Assembly (NCBI GenBank): GCA_020430505.1
Contig: JAGQJT010000003.1
Location: forward strand, 5,591-69,590
Direction of reading: 5' to 3'
Length of the DNA stretch: 64,000 nucleotides
Source of the DNA: Nanobdellota archaeon
GTDB lineage: Archaea > Nanobdellota > Nanobdellia > Pacearchaeales > GW2011-AR1
Shown: in pieces, positions 18,973-27,367 of the stretch
Position numbering within the stretch: position 1 is the first letter of the stretch
Layout of the letters: each line of letters starts with the position of its first letter
The notes under the pieces: generated by a model
Databases searched by the model: none
The model's input: the letters and a program-made list of their open reading frames with translations, nothing else
What the model was told of the DNA's origin: nothing
Made by a program: the position numbers and the translations under genes

Positions 18973-20085
18973 TTGATTGAAATCATAAACGAGGTAAATA
19001 AGGTGAGGCAATATCATAAAATTTTAAAAGATATCCTTGGAAAAGGAGAGGTCCAATATGAGCCTCGTACACAAGAATATATTTTGGGAATATCTGGTTC
19101 TCAGAGCACTTACAATGTAAACAAAACTTTTCCTTTAATGACCACAAAGTTTGTTCCTCCAAGACTTCCTTTTGAAGAGGTATTCTGGAAATTGCGTGGA
19201 GAAAGGAATGTAAAAAGTCTTGTGGATAGAAATGTTAATTTTTGGACAGCAAATGCTTTTGATAGATATTTGAAAAATCAGGGATTGAGAGAAAAAATTC
19301 CAAAACATTCTCTGGAGTGGAATGAAGAATTTGAAAATTATACCCAAAGAATAAAAGAAGATCCAGAATTCGCGGAATGGGCTGGAGATTTGGGACCTGT
19401 TTATGGATTTCAGTGGAGACATTGGGATGATTCAGAAGGAAAGGAAATTGACCAGTTAGAAAAAATGCTTAAAGGAATTAAAGAAAGACCTGGTTCAAGA
19501 TACCATACTCTTTCTGCGTGGAATGTCGGAGATTTGTCAAAGATGGCTTTGGGTCCTTGTCCTTTTTGGCATCAATTTAATATTTGGGGTAAGAACATGG
19601 ATTTGCATATGGTACAAAGAAGTAATGATATTTATCTTGGAGTTCCATTCAATGTTGCACAAGATGCATTGTTGTTAAGGATGATTGCAAAGGAGACAGG
19701 ATTCACACCCAGAAATCTAATTCACACAACAATAAATACTCATGCTTACTTAGGTGTTCAGCCAAGGTCCGATTTTTGGATGGATGAAAAAAATGTTAAA
19801 GAATTTCAGAATAAATTTAATAGAATTAAATCAAGGGAAGACTATCTAGAATTAAAAGAATGGTATCTAAGTTCAGCTCCTGAAGAATCTTTTGGAAACG
19901 AAAAGAAAGACCATATTCCATTTATTTTGGAACAACTTTCAAAAGAACCCAAGACATTGCCAATTCTTTCATTCAAAGAAGAAGTTCCATTAATGGAAGC
20001 CATTGAAATGAATCCTTTGGATTTGGTGAACATCCATAATTATAAACCTGAAAAATGGGATTCTAAGGCGGAGATGGCTGCATGA
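18973..20085 (+). CDS. thyA: thymidylate synthase ThyA-family protein with two large insertions
   Basis: FWKLRGERN, GDLGPVYGFQWRHW, catalytic Cys in LGPCPFWHQF, QRSNDIYLGVPFNVAQ (Asn retained, so dUMP-type) and C-terminal KAEMAA. The track start is TTG; the GTG at 19003, preceded by GAGGT, is an alternative start. Confidence 0.85.
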   Translation: MIEIINEVNKVRQYHKILKDILGKGEVQYEPRTQEYILGISGSQSTYNVNKTFPLMTTKFVPPRLPFEEVFWKLRGERNVKSLVDRNVNFWTANAFDRYLKNQGLREKIPKHSLEWNEEFENYTQRIKEDPEFAEWAGDLGPVYGFQWRHWDDSEGKEIDQLEKMLKGIKERPGSRYHTLSAWNVGDLSKMALGPCPFWHQFNIWGKNMDLHMVQRSNDIYLGVPFNVAQDALLLRMIAKETGFTPRNLIHTTINTHAYLGVQPRSDFWMDEKNVKEFQNKFNRIKSREDYLELKEWYLSSAPEESFGNEKKDHIPFILEQLSKEPKTLPILSFKEEVPLMEAIEMNPLDLVNIHNYKPEKWDSKAEMAA

Positions 20086-21011
20086 GCGAAAAATTTCTAG
20101 ACTTAGTAATTGCAGGTCCAGATATGAGTGGCACCGGAACCCAAATAAAAGATTTAATAAATTATTTCCATACTCAAGGAAAGATTGTTAAAGACATTCG
20201 TGGAACTGAAAATGATGCTCTCTTTCATGCAAAGGAATATGAAGAAGTTCACAAAGGTTGGATTAGTTTAGCTGAAGCTCCTACCCCTATTCAAAGAGAT
20301 TTTTCTTATGAAGCACACAAATTAATGACGGGTGGAGGAACAAATCAAGATTTGAAAATAGCATCAATGGTGAAAAATCCTGTTACAACTTACATTGACC
20401 CAAATTCTGCAGATGTTTGGATAATGGAAGAACCAACAAAAAGAGGAGCAGGACAAGTTTGTAGAGCTTTTGAGCAGAACCGTTCCCAGTTTGGAGACTC
20501 AATGGATCCTGTTGCTGCAGCGTTGGCCCACCAAGCTTATCGTTCTGAAGAGTTTTTTAGATTCAGAAAACCTTTAAGAGAAAATGGAAAAATAATAGTA
20601 AGAAGTAGAAGTGAGGAATCTGCTTGCTATCAAGTTTATGACGAAAAATTTTTACAAAATGGAATTTCCATAGAGGAATATCTTAATCTTCCAGGGCATA
20701 AAATAGCATTTGCAAATTCTCCAACGCATATCTTTGTAGTTTGTGGTCCCGAAAATTGGACTACCGAAGATTATTTGAAACTCAAAGAAGAAAGAAGTGA
20801 TGGGAGATTTGTTGATGACCATGAATCTAATGCAGAATATCAAGTCATGGTGAACAAAAGGTATTCTTCAACTTGGTTAAATGAATTGTATGAAAGAGGA
20901 TGCTCAATGAACTCTTCAAAAATTCCAGAAATAACTCGGTTCAGTATTTATGATTCCAAAGAAGAAATAAAAAAGCAAATGCAAGAGAAACTTGAAGAAA
21001 TTTTACCTTAA
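20082..21011 (+). CDS. thymidylate-kinase-like protein with a degenerate P-loop
   Basis: The start overlaps the thyA stop (ATGA). GPDMSGTGTQIKDL aligns by eye with the Tmk P-loop G.DG.GKTTQ, but Lys is replaced by Thr. SRSEESACYQ resembles the Tmk DR..S..AYQ motif. At 309 aa it is longer than a typical Tmk. Confidence 0.4.
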   Translation: MSEKFLDLVIAGPDMSGTGTQIKDLINYFHTQGKIVKDIRGTENDALFHAKEYEEVHKGWISLAEAPTPIQRDFSYEAHKLMTGGGTNQDLKIASMVKNPVTTYIDPNSADVWIMEEPTKRGAGQVCRAFEQNRSQFGDSMDPVAAALAHQAYRSEEFFRFRKPLRENGKIIVRSRSEESACYQVYDEKFLQNGISIEEYLNLPGHKIAFANSPTHIFVVCGPENWTTEDYLKLKEERSDGRFVDDHESNAEYQVMVNKRYSSTWLNELYERGCSMNSSKIPEITRFSIYDSKEEIKKQMQEKLEEILP

Positions 21012-21427
21012 TTAGTTCCAGTACTTCCCCAACCAGCTTCACCACGAGAACTATCTTCTAAAGATTCGGATTCTTCAAATTCAATTTCTGGAAATGGGAT
21101 AATCATTATTTGTCCAACTCTCTCCCCAATTTCATAATCATTTTCTCCTAACTTTCTGAACCTTAAAACCAATTCTCCCCTATACCCAGAATCTAAAACC
21201 CCTACAGAATTCTTTAACATCAAATCTTTTTTTGTAACACTGCTTCTAGGAAAAATTAGCATGACATAACCTTTTGGAACTTCAAAAGCTAAACCTGTTC
21301 CATATTCAACAAAATTTTCATTTTCAGTCTTAGAAATTGCATAAACATCCATCCCTGCATCTCCCTCATGAGCATACTCAGGAATTTTTGCTTCTTGAGA
21401 AATTTTTTTTATTTTGACTTTTAACAT
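21008..21427 (-). CDS. dut: dUTP diphosphatase (trimeric Dut type)
   Basis: GDAGMDVYA, PRSS, VLDSGYRGEL, RVGQIMI and C-terminal SSRGEAGWGSTG motifs. Confidence 0.9.
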   Translation of the reverse strand: MLKVKIKKISQEAKIPEYAHEGDAGMDVYAISKTENENFVEYGTGLAFEVPKGYVMLIFPRSSVTKKDLMLKNSVGVLDSGYRGELVLRFRKLGENDYEIGERVGQIMIIPFPEIEFEESESLEDSSRGEAGWGSTGTN

Positions 21428-24375
21428 TTACTATACCCACATCCATCTTTATCAATACAGTGCCAACAACCTTCCTTTCTGATTAAAGGACTTCCACAGT
21501 TTGGGCATAAATTCCCAGAAGGTTTTGATTTCTTTTTTCCAAGATTAAAATCTCCATTGCCTGACCCAGAAGTTTTTTCTGCTTTTTCTGCTGAAGCAGA
21601 GATTCCTTTTCCAATAGCATCCGATAATGAAGTTATTCTTCCAGGGCCAATTCCTGTTTGAGTTTCTCCACTAATACCGATTAATTTTTCAGAGAATCTT
21701 TGGTAAGGAATTCCTGCTTTCAATCCAATAGAAATTACTCTTCCAAGTCCTTCTGCCATGAAATTTATATCACTTCCCCCTTTACCAATTCCAACAAATG
21801 TTTCGTAAGGTTCTATCAACTTTCCAGATTCATCCATCTCCCAGTTTACTCCCACAAATGCACTTTTTCCGTGAGGAGTTTTAATTTTTTCTTTTAACCC
21901 CCCAACATACATAGGTCTTTCTCTATTTAGTCTTTCATGCATTTTTCTCTTTAAAGGATTAGTTTTCAGTATTTCATCAGTTAAATCTTTAGCGCCCAAT
22001 AATTTTGAAAGTTCTAATTGCTTATTCGCTGAAGCAATCATTCCTCTTCCTATAGAATCTGGAAGAGAATAGCTGTTTTTCTCTTCTTCACCATTCTTTT
22101 TTCCAATTTCAATCAACTGATTTGCAACAACTCTGTAGTCCACTCCTGCTTGCAAAACTAAGGATAAAGCTTCTTCAAATCCTTTTGCCATAGCATTCAT
22201 GTCATCCCCTGCAGTCCCAATGTTTATGGATGAACCATATGCTCCCAAAACATTTCCTTTTTCATCCATTTCCATCTGTAGTGTGACAAAAGCATCATAC
22301 TCATAAGGAGTTTTCACTAACTCTTCAAGCCCTACAACAAATTTTGGTCTTTCTCTATCAAGTCTTTTTAGAAGTCCTTTTTTGTAAGCATCATTGTTCC
22401 TGGCTATTAGAACTCCCTCTCTAGAACCATCCCTATAAATTGTCATGCCTTTTGCTCCAGATTCCCAAGCTTTCATATAAGCTTGTCCGACAATTTCTTC
22501 AGATACATCTTTTGGCATATTAGTAGTAGCACTAATTGAGTGATCTATCCATTTTTGTATCTCTCCCTGCATTCTAACCTTTTCAACCCAATCAACATCA
22601 TTACTAGTCGCTTTGTGATAAGGAGATTTTTTTATGACTTCATCTAAATCTTCATCAGACATATTTTTCACTTCAGCAACATCATAATTATTTATTCTCA
22701 ACCAATCTTCGAATTTATGATGAAAAACATTATATTCTTCCCATGAGTCTCCAACCTCATCAACAAATGAAACTTTTACATTTTTATCATTCGGGTTGAC
22801 TTTTCTTCTTCTTTTGTAAGCAACCATATAAGCAGGTTCAACTCCGCTTGTTGTTTGAGTCATTTGACTTACAGTACCGGTAGGAGCTATTGTTAAAAGA
22901 GCGATATTTCTTCTTCCAACTTTTTTCATTTTTTCATAAACTTCTGGAGCAGCCTCAGCAATTCTTTGTATGAAAGGATTGTCTTTTTCTTTTTCTGCAT
23001 CGTAAATTGGAAAAGCTCCTCTTTCTTCAGCTAAATCTACAGAAGATCTGTAAACTTCTACAGCGTACATTTTATGAACCTTTGCAGCAAATTCAGTAGC
23101 CTCTGGAGTTCCATAAGTTAAACCCATTGCAGCAAGCATATCTCCTTCAGCGGTTACCCCAATTCCAGAACGTCTTCCCTGTACCGCTTTCTCTCGGATA
23201 TTTACCCACAAATTCTTTTCAGTGCTTTTTGTAAATTCATCTTCTTTATCAGAGTCTATTTTTTCTAGAATTCTATCTATTTTTTCTATTTCTAAATCAA
23301 TTATATCGTCCATTATTCTTTGAGCATAATGCGCATTTCTCTTGAACTTCTCCTCATTAAACCTAGCTTCTGGAGTGAATGGATTTTCAACGTAACCATA
23401 GAGGTTATTTGCCAAAAGCCTACATGAATCGTAAGGACACAACGGAATTTCACCACAAGGATTGGTCGATACAGTTTCGAATCCAAGATCTTTATAAGAG
23501 TCTGGAACAGACTCTTTTTGGACAGTATCCCAAAATAAAACTCCTGGTTCTGCTGACTTCCAAGCATTATGTATTATTTTATTCCAGAGTTCTCTTGCAT
23601 TAATTTCTTTTTTAATTTGAGGGTTATCGGAATCTATGGGGTATTGTTGTATGTACGGTTTGTCTTCAACAACAGCTCTCATAAATTCATCATCTATTTT
23701 CACAGAAACATTTGCACCTGTTACTTTTTCTTTTTCCATTTTTGCGTCTATGAAATCTTCAGAATCAGGATGCTTTATAGAAACAGTTAACATCAAAGCG
23801 CCTCTTCTTCCGTCTTGTGCAACTTCTCTTGTGGAATTAGAATACCTCTCCATAAAAGGAACGATGCCTGTAGAAGTTAGTGCAGAATTTTTCACGGGAG
23901 ATCCTTTTGGCCGTATATGTGATAAATCATGTCCGACGCCACCCCGTCTTTTCATAAGTTGAACTTGTTCTTGATCAATCTTTAAAATCCCTCCATAAGA
24001 ATCACCATTGTTTTTTTTCGGTCCAATAACAAAACAATTAGAAAGCGAACTTATTTGGTAGTTATTTCCTATTACTGCCATCGGACCCCCTTGGGGCACA
24101 ATATATTTGAACCCATCCAAAAGATCTAGCACCTCCTCCTTAGATAAGGGGTTAGGATATTTCTGTTCAATTCTTACAATCTCATCTGCAAGTCTTTCAT
24201 GCATTTGTCTAGGATTTGTTTCGTATAAATTTCCTTCAGAATCTTTCAAAGCATATTTATGGATAAAGTTTTTAGCAGCCATTTCATCACCTTTAAAGTA
24301 CTTTGTTGACTCTTCGAGTGCTGTTTTGTAAATTGTTGACGTAACATCAAGTTTATCTGCTAAATCTTTTCCCAT
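21421..24375 (-). CDS. nrdJ: class II (adenosylcobalamin-dependent) ribonucleotide reductase
   Basis: Active-site finger STNPCGEIPLCPYDSCRLLANNL and a 10-stranded-barrel-type layout. Two tandem TSCPD-like C-terminal modules and a terminal Cys-rich Zn ribbon (CPNCGSPLIRKEGCWHCIDKDGCGYSKC). Confidence 0.92.
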   Translation of the reverse strand: MGKDLADKLDVTSTIYKTALEESTKYFKGDEMAAKNFIHKYALKDSEGNLYETNPRQMHERLADEIVRIEQKYPNPLSKEEVLDLLDGFKYIVPQGGPMAVIGNNYQISSLSNCFVIGPKKNNGDSYGGILKIDQEQVQLMKRRGGVGHDLSHIRPKGSPVKNSALTSTGIVPFMERYSNSTREVAQDGRRGALMLTVSIKHPDSEDFIDAKMEKEKVTGANVSVKIDDEFMRAVVEDKPYIQQYPIDSDNPQIKKEINARELWNKIIHNAWKSAEPGVLFWDTVQKESVPDSYKDLGFETVSTNPCGEIPLCPYDSCRLLANNLYGYVENPFTPEARFNEEKFKRNAHYAQRIMDDIIDLEIEKIDRILEKIDSDKEDEFTKSTEKNLWVNIREKAVQGRRSGIGVTAEGDMLAAMGLTYGTPEATEFAAKVHKMYAVEVYRSSVDLAEERGAFPIYDAEKEKDNPFIQRIAEAAPEVYEKMKKVGRRNIALLTIAPTGTVSQMTQTTSGVEPAYMVAYKRRRKVNPNDKNVKVSFVDEVGDSWEEYNVFHHKFEDWLRINNYDVAEVKNMSDEDLDEVIKKSPYHKATSNDVDWVEKVRMQGEIQKWIDHSISATTNMPKDVSEEIVGQAYMKAWESGAKGMTIYRDGSREGVLIARNNDAYKKGLLKRLDRERPKFVVGLEELVKTPYEYDAFVTLQMEMDEKGNVLGAYGSSINIGTAGDDMNAMAKGFEEALSLVLQAGVDYRVVANQLIEIGKKNGEEEKNSYSLPDSIGRGMIASANKQLELSKLLGAKDLTDEILKTNPLKRKMHERLNRERPMYVGGLKEKIKTPHGKSAFVGVNWEMDESGKLIEPYETFVGIGKGGSDINFMAEGLGRVISIGLKAGIPYQRFSEKLIGISGETQTGIGPGRITSLSDAIGKGISASAEKAEKTSGSGNGDFNLGKKKSKPSGNLCPNCGSPLIRKEGCWHCIDKDGCGYSKC
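21583..21933 (-). repeat. NrdJ internal repeat copy 2 (TSCPD-like module, residues ~815-931)
   Basis: RLNRERPMYVGGLKEKIKTP...GKGGSDINFMAEGLGRVISIGLKAGI...ITSLSDAIGKG is colinear with copy 1. Confidence 0.7.
22015..22365 (-). repeat. NrdJ internal repeat copy 1 (TSCPD-like module, residues ~671-787)
   Basis: RLDRERPKFVVGLEELVKTP...GTAGDDMNAMAKGFEEALSLVLQAGV...YSLPDSIGRG is colinear with copy 2. Confidence 0.7.
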
Positions 24376-24382
24376 CTTTTTA

Positions 24383-24820
24383 TTATACCTCTTTAATGAC
24401 TTTCTTAAAGTCTTTTATATCTTCAAAATCTCTATAGACTGAAGCAAACCTTATGTAAGCAACTTTATCCAGCCTTTTTATTCTTTTGGATACCAAATCG
24501 CCTATAATTGAACTATTTATTTCTCTCTTCCCTTTTTTGTAAATTTGTTCTTCTATTTCATGTATCATCTTTGAAATTTTATCTCTCGATACAGGCCTTT
24601 TTTCAAAAGCCTTCTCAACCCCTTTTCTCAACTTTGAATTGTCAAATCTCTCTCTTCTACCATCTTTCTTTACAACATATATCTCTTTTCTCTCAATTCT
24701 TTCATAAGTTGTAAAACGCTTCTTGCATTTGAGACATTCTCTTCTCCTACGTATTCCGTCAGGAGAAGTTCTTTTATCTGTTACTTTTGATTTTGTATGG
24801 TTGCAAAAAGGGCAGTTCAT
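24383..24820 (-). CDS. nrdR: transcriptional repressor NrdR (Zn ribbon + ATP-cone)
   Basis: MNCPFCNH...ECLKCKKRFTTYERIE Zn ribbon, an ATP-cone and the signature VAYIRFASVYRDFEDIKDF. The stop lies 7 nt upstream of the nrdJ start. Confidence 0.9.
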   Translation of the reverse strand: MNCPFCNHTKSKVTDKRTSPDGIRRRRECLKCKKRFTTYERIERKEIYVVKKDGRRERFDNSKLRKGVEKAFEKRPVSRDKISKMIHEIEEQIYKKGKREINSSIIGDLVSKRIKRLDKVAYIRFASVYRDFEDIKDFKKVIKEV

Positions 24821-24830
24821 TTTTTATTTA

Positions 24831-24850
24831 ACATACAATATATTGTATGT
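24831..24850. promoter_or_regulatory. perfect 20-bp palindrome, candidate NrdR box
   Basis: ACATACAATATATTGTATGT is its own reverse complement. The inner 16 nt ATACAATATATTGTAT match the published NrdR-box consensus acaCwAtATaTwGtgt at 14/16 positions. It lies 10 nt upstream of the nrdR ATG. Confidence 0.6.
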
Positions 24851-24999
24851 CCTCTTTTTTAATATGCTGTTTATTGTATACAACGAGTTATCTAAAATAA
24901 AACTCCTATATAAACATTTTGAACTATTTGCAAAAAGTAACATCCTCTCCAATGAAAATCTTTAAAAGATTGCATAGGTTTATTATTTTGGAGGTAAAA

Positions 25000-25284
25000 A
25001 TGGCTAATTATGATATGATTGCTCAACAAATTGGAGGTCCCCTTTGGTTATTTGTAATCATTGTTGTTTGGACAATGGTTTGGAAACTTCTGGCACTTTG
25101 GAAGGCCGCAAGAAATAAGGATGTTGCGTGGTTTGTGGTTATGGGAATTTTGAATACTATTGGTATCCTGCCTATATTGTATATCTACATTTTCTCTAAG
25201 TGGACTAAGAAAAAACCAATGAAAGAAATAAAAGTTGTTAAGAAAAAGACTCCAAAGAAAAAATCTTCTAAAAAGAAGAAATAA
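25000..25284 (+). CDS. small membrane protein with a lysine-rich C-terminal tail
   Basis: The track ORF starts at TTG 24919. The ATG at 25000 is preceded by GGAGGTAAAA. Two hydrophobic helices (LWLFVIIVVWTMVWKLLALW, WFVVMGILNTIGILPILYIYIF). Confidence 0.5.
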   Translation: MANYDMIAQQIGGPLWLFVIIVVWTMVWKLLALWKAARNKDVAWFVVMGILNTIGILPILYIYIFSKWTKKKPMKEIKVVKKKTPKKKSSKKKK

Positions 25285-25330
25285 TTTCAAAATTCACAAA
25301 ATTTAAAAACAGGCATTTTTTTGTTTTTTT

Positions 25331-25582
25331 ATGACAAAGAAATTATTAAATCTGGTTTCTAAAGAAACAAAAATTTCTGAAAAAATAGAAATTGTGAATA
25401 AATTAGCAAAAAATGAAATTCACAATCGTGAAAGTCTCTTGATTCGTGATTATGATAAAGGGATTGCTCTTGGCCATTTCTTTGAATATGGGCATGGAAA
25501 ATATACTTTTATGACAAGAGATTCTTTTTTAGAAGGAAATGTATCAACCCTTGAAGAAGTTTATGTGGTTCAAGAAGAATAA
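25331..25582 (+). CDS. hypothetical protein
   Basis: 83-aa ORF with no recognisable family. Confidence 0.4.
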   Translation: MTKKLLNLVSKETKISEKIEIVNKLAKNEIHNRESLLIRDYDKGIALGHFFEYGHGKYTFMTRDSFLEGNVSTLEEVYVVQEE

Positions 25583-25616
25583 CTAGACTTAAAAACCTTA
25601 ATTCTCTAATTTTTTT

Positions 25617-26798
25617 ATGAAAAACAAATATGAATTACTAGCACCTGCAGGAAATTTTCCTATGTTAGTTGCAGCAGTTAATGCTGGAGCGGATGCAGTT
25701 TACTTTGGTTTGAAAGAATTCTCAATGAGAGCGAATGCAAGAAATTTCACAATAAAAGATTTGGACAAGATAGAAAAAATCTGCAAACCTAAAGGAGTCA
25801 AAAGATTTTTGACAATGAACATAATAATCTACGACAAAGAAATAAAAAAAGTTGAAGCTACAATTAAAAAAATAAAAGGAAAAGTTGATGCTGTTATTTG
25901 TTGGGACTTATCTGTAATTAATTTATGCAAAAAATACAAAATTCCTTTTCATATTTCAACACAAGCTTCAGTTGCAAATTCAGAAGCAGCTAAATTTTAC
26001 AAAATCCTAGGAGCTGAAAGAGTAGTCTTGGCAAGAGAATTAAATTTAAAACAAATTAAGGAAATCTCTAAATCTGTTGATGTTGAAACATTTGCTCATG
26101 GTGCAATGTGTGTTGCCGTTTCTGGAAGGTGTTTTATGAGCCAACATCTTTTTGGTCGTTCAGCGAACCGAGGACAATGCATTCATCCTTGTAGAAGAAG
26201 TTACACTGTAAAGGATAATCAAGAAGGATTTGAATTAAAATTAGAAAATAACAAAGTAATGTCTGCAAAAGATCTTTGTGCTTTACCTTTCATAGATAAA
26301 CTAAAAAAAGCAGGAATTGTTTCTTTCAAAATAGAAGGAAGAAACAGAGATCCAAGATATGTTGAAACTGTTGTTAGAGTTTATAGGGAGGCCTTGGATT
26401 CAAAGAAATTAACAAAAGAGAAAATAAGTTATCTGATGGAAGAATTAAAGACAGTGTATAACAGAAAGTTCTCTTCAGGATTCTATTTAGGGCTACCTAC
26501 AAGCGACGATTTTACAGATGTTGAGCATAGTGCTGCAACAGAAAAAAAACATTTTATAGGAAGAATAACTCACTATTATCCAAAAGCAGAAGTAGCAACA
26601 ATAAAACTTGTTTCTTCTCTAAAAGTTGGAGATAAAATAGTTGTAATTGGGAAAACAACAGGGATAAAAAAATCAAAAATTGAAAGAATTGAAATAAAAC
26701 ATAAATCTTTCAAAACCGCAAAAAAAGGTCAAGAAATTGGGATTAAACTTCCTTTAGTAAGAAAAAATGATGAAGTTTATCTAATTAAGAAATCTTAA
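25617..26798 (+). CDS. peptidase U32 family protein
   Basis: N-terminal ELLAPAGNFPMLVAAVNAGADAVYFGLKEFSMRANARNF and HGAMCVAVSGRC...CRR, typical of the U32 family. Confidence 0.85.
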   Translation: MKNKYELLAPAGNFPMLVAAVNAGADAVYFGLKEFSMRANARNFTIKDLDKIEKICKPKGVKRFLTMNIIIYDKEIKKVEATIKKIKGKVDAVICWDLSVINLCKKYKIPFHISTQASVANSEAAKFYKILGAERVVLARELNLKQIKEISKSVDVETFAHGAMCVAVSGRCFMSQHLFGRSANRGQCIHPCRRSYTVKDNQEGFELKLENNKVMSAKDLCALPFIDKLKKAGIVSFKIEGRNRDPRYVETVVRVYREALDSKKLTKEKISYLMEELKTVYNRKFSSGFYLGLPTSDDFTDVEHSAATEKKHFIGRITHYYPKAEVATIKLVSSLKVGDKIVVIGKTTGIKKSKIERIEIKHKSFKTAKKGQEIGIKLPLVRKNDEVYLIKKS

Positions 26799-26799
26799 A

Positions 26800-27270
26800 T
26801 TAAAAGTTTTTTATAGTGGTTGTTGCACAAATGAATTCATTTCCTTGATCATCTAAAAGATAAGGTGTAACTTCTATTCTAGTCGCATTTTGGAAGGTAC
26901 TAATAAAAGATATTTTCTTAGTAGTTAAAGGTTCCAGAGGATACGCTTCATTCTCTTCTTCAAAATTTAATACCTTTGTATTTGATTCATCACTAAACAA
27001 GGTGAATTTTGCAAATACTGCTCCACTCTCTCCAGTGCTTGTTCTTTGTAAGGTTACATTATATACATTATTCAAATATGAATCAGTATACTCTACAACA
27101 CTCAAAGCTCTTATTTCAACATCAAGGCAAGAAGTACTATATTGAATTTTCTTTCTACTATTCTCCAACAAGTTACTAACAACTCCCCAGATTATACCAA
27201 CTGCAACCAATACCAACAAAATTATTATCAATGTTGTTACAACAGTTGACAAACCTCTTTTATTTTTCAT
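26800..27270 (-). CDS. archaeal type IV pilin-like protein (class III signal peptide)
   Basis: N-terminus MKNKRG/LSTVVTTLIIILLVLVAVGIIWGVV: a short basic leader, a Gly cleavage site and a hydrophobic helix. Confidence 0.7.
   Translation of the reverse strand: MKNKRGLSTVVTTLIIILLVLVAVGIIWGVVSNLLENSRKKIQYSTSCLDVEIRALSVVEYTDSYLNNVYNVTLQRTSTGESGAVFAKFTLFSDESNTKVLNFEEENEAYPLEPLTTKKISFISTFQNATRIEVTPYLLDDQGNEFICATTTIKNF
27173..27256 (-). repeat. 84-nt near-identical block shared by the two pilin-like genes (copy A)
   Basis: Manual alignment with 27741..27824 shows 2 mismatches in 84 nt, while the rest of the genes are diverged. Confidence 0.8.
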
Positions 27271-27367
27271 AGTTTAAACAATATTTTCCCATATAAAAAT
27301 CTATCTCCGCAAAGTTCAAACTAAAGGATAAAAAAATTTAGAAAAAGAATAAAAATAAAATTAAAAA

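Noticed and set aside
21421-24375. I looked for inteins in nrdJ (and in rpoA and the thermosome gene), which are frequent intein hosts in archaea.
   Set aside because: No Cys/Ser-initiated insertion with HN-(C/S/T) ending or endonuclease motifs was found. The extra length of NrdJ is explained by the tandem C-terminal module duplication.
24874-24883. Second palindrome TTGTATACAA considered as the partner NrdR box.
   Set aside because: Its half-site order is inverted relative to the NrdR consensus, and its centre is 38 bp from the first box rather than the ~31-32 bp typical spacing.
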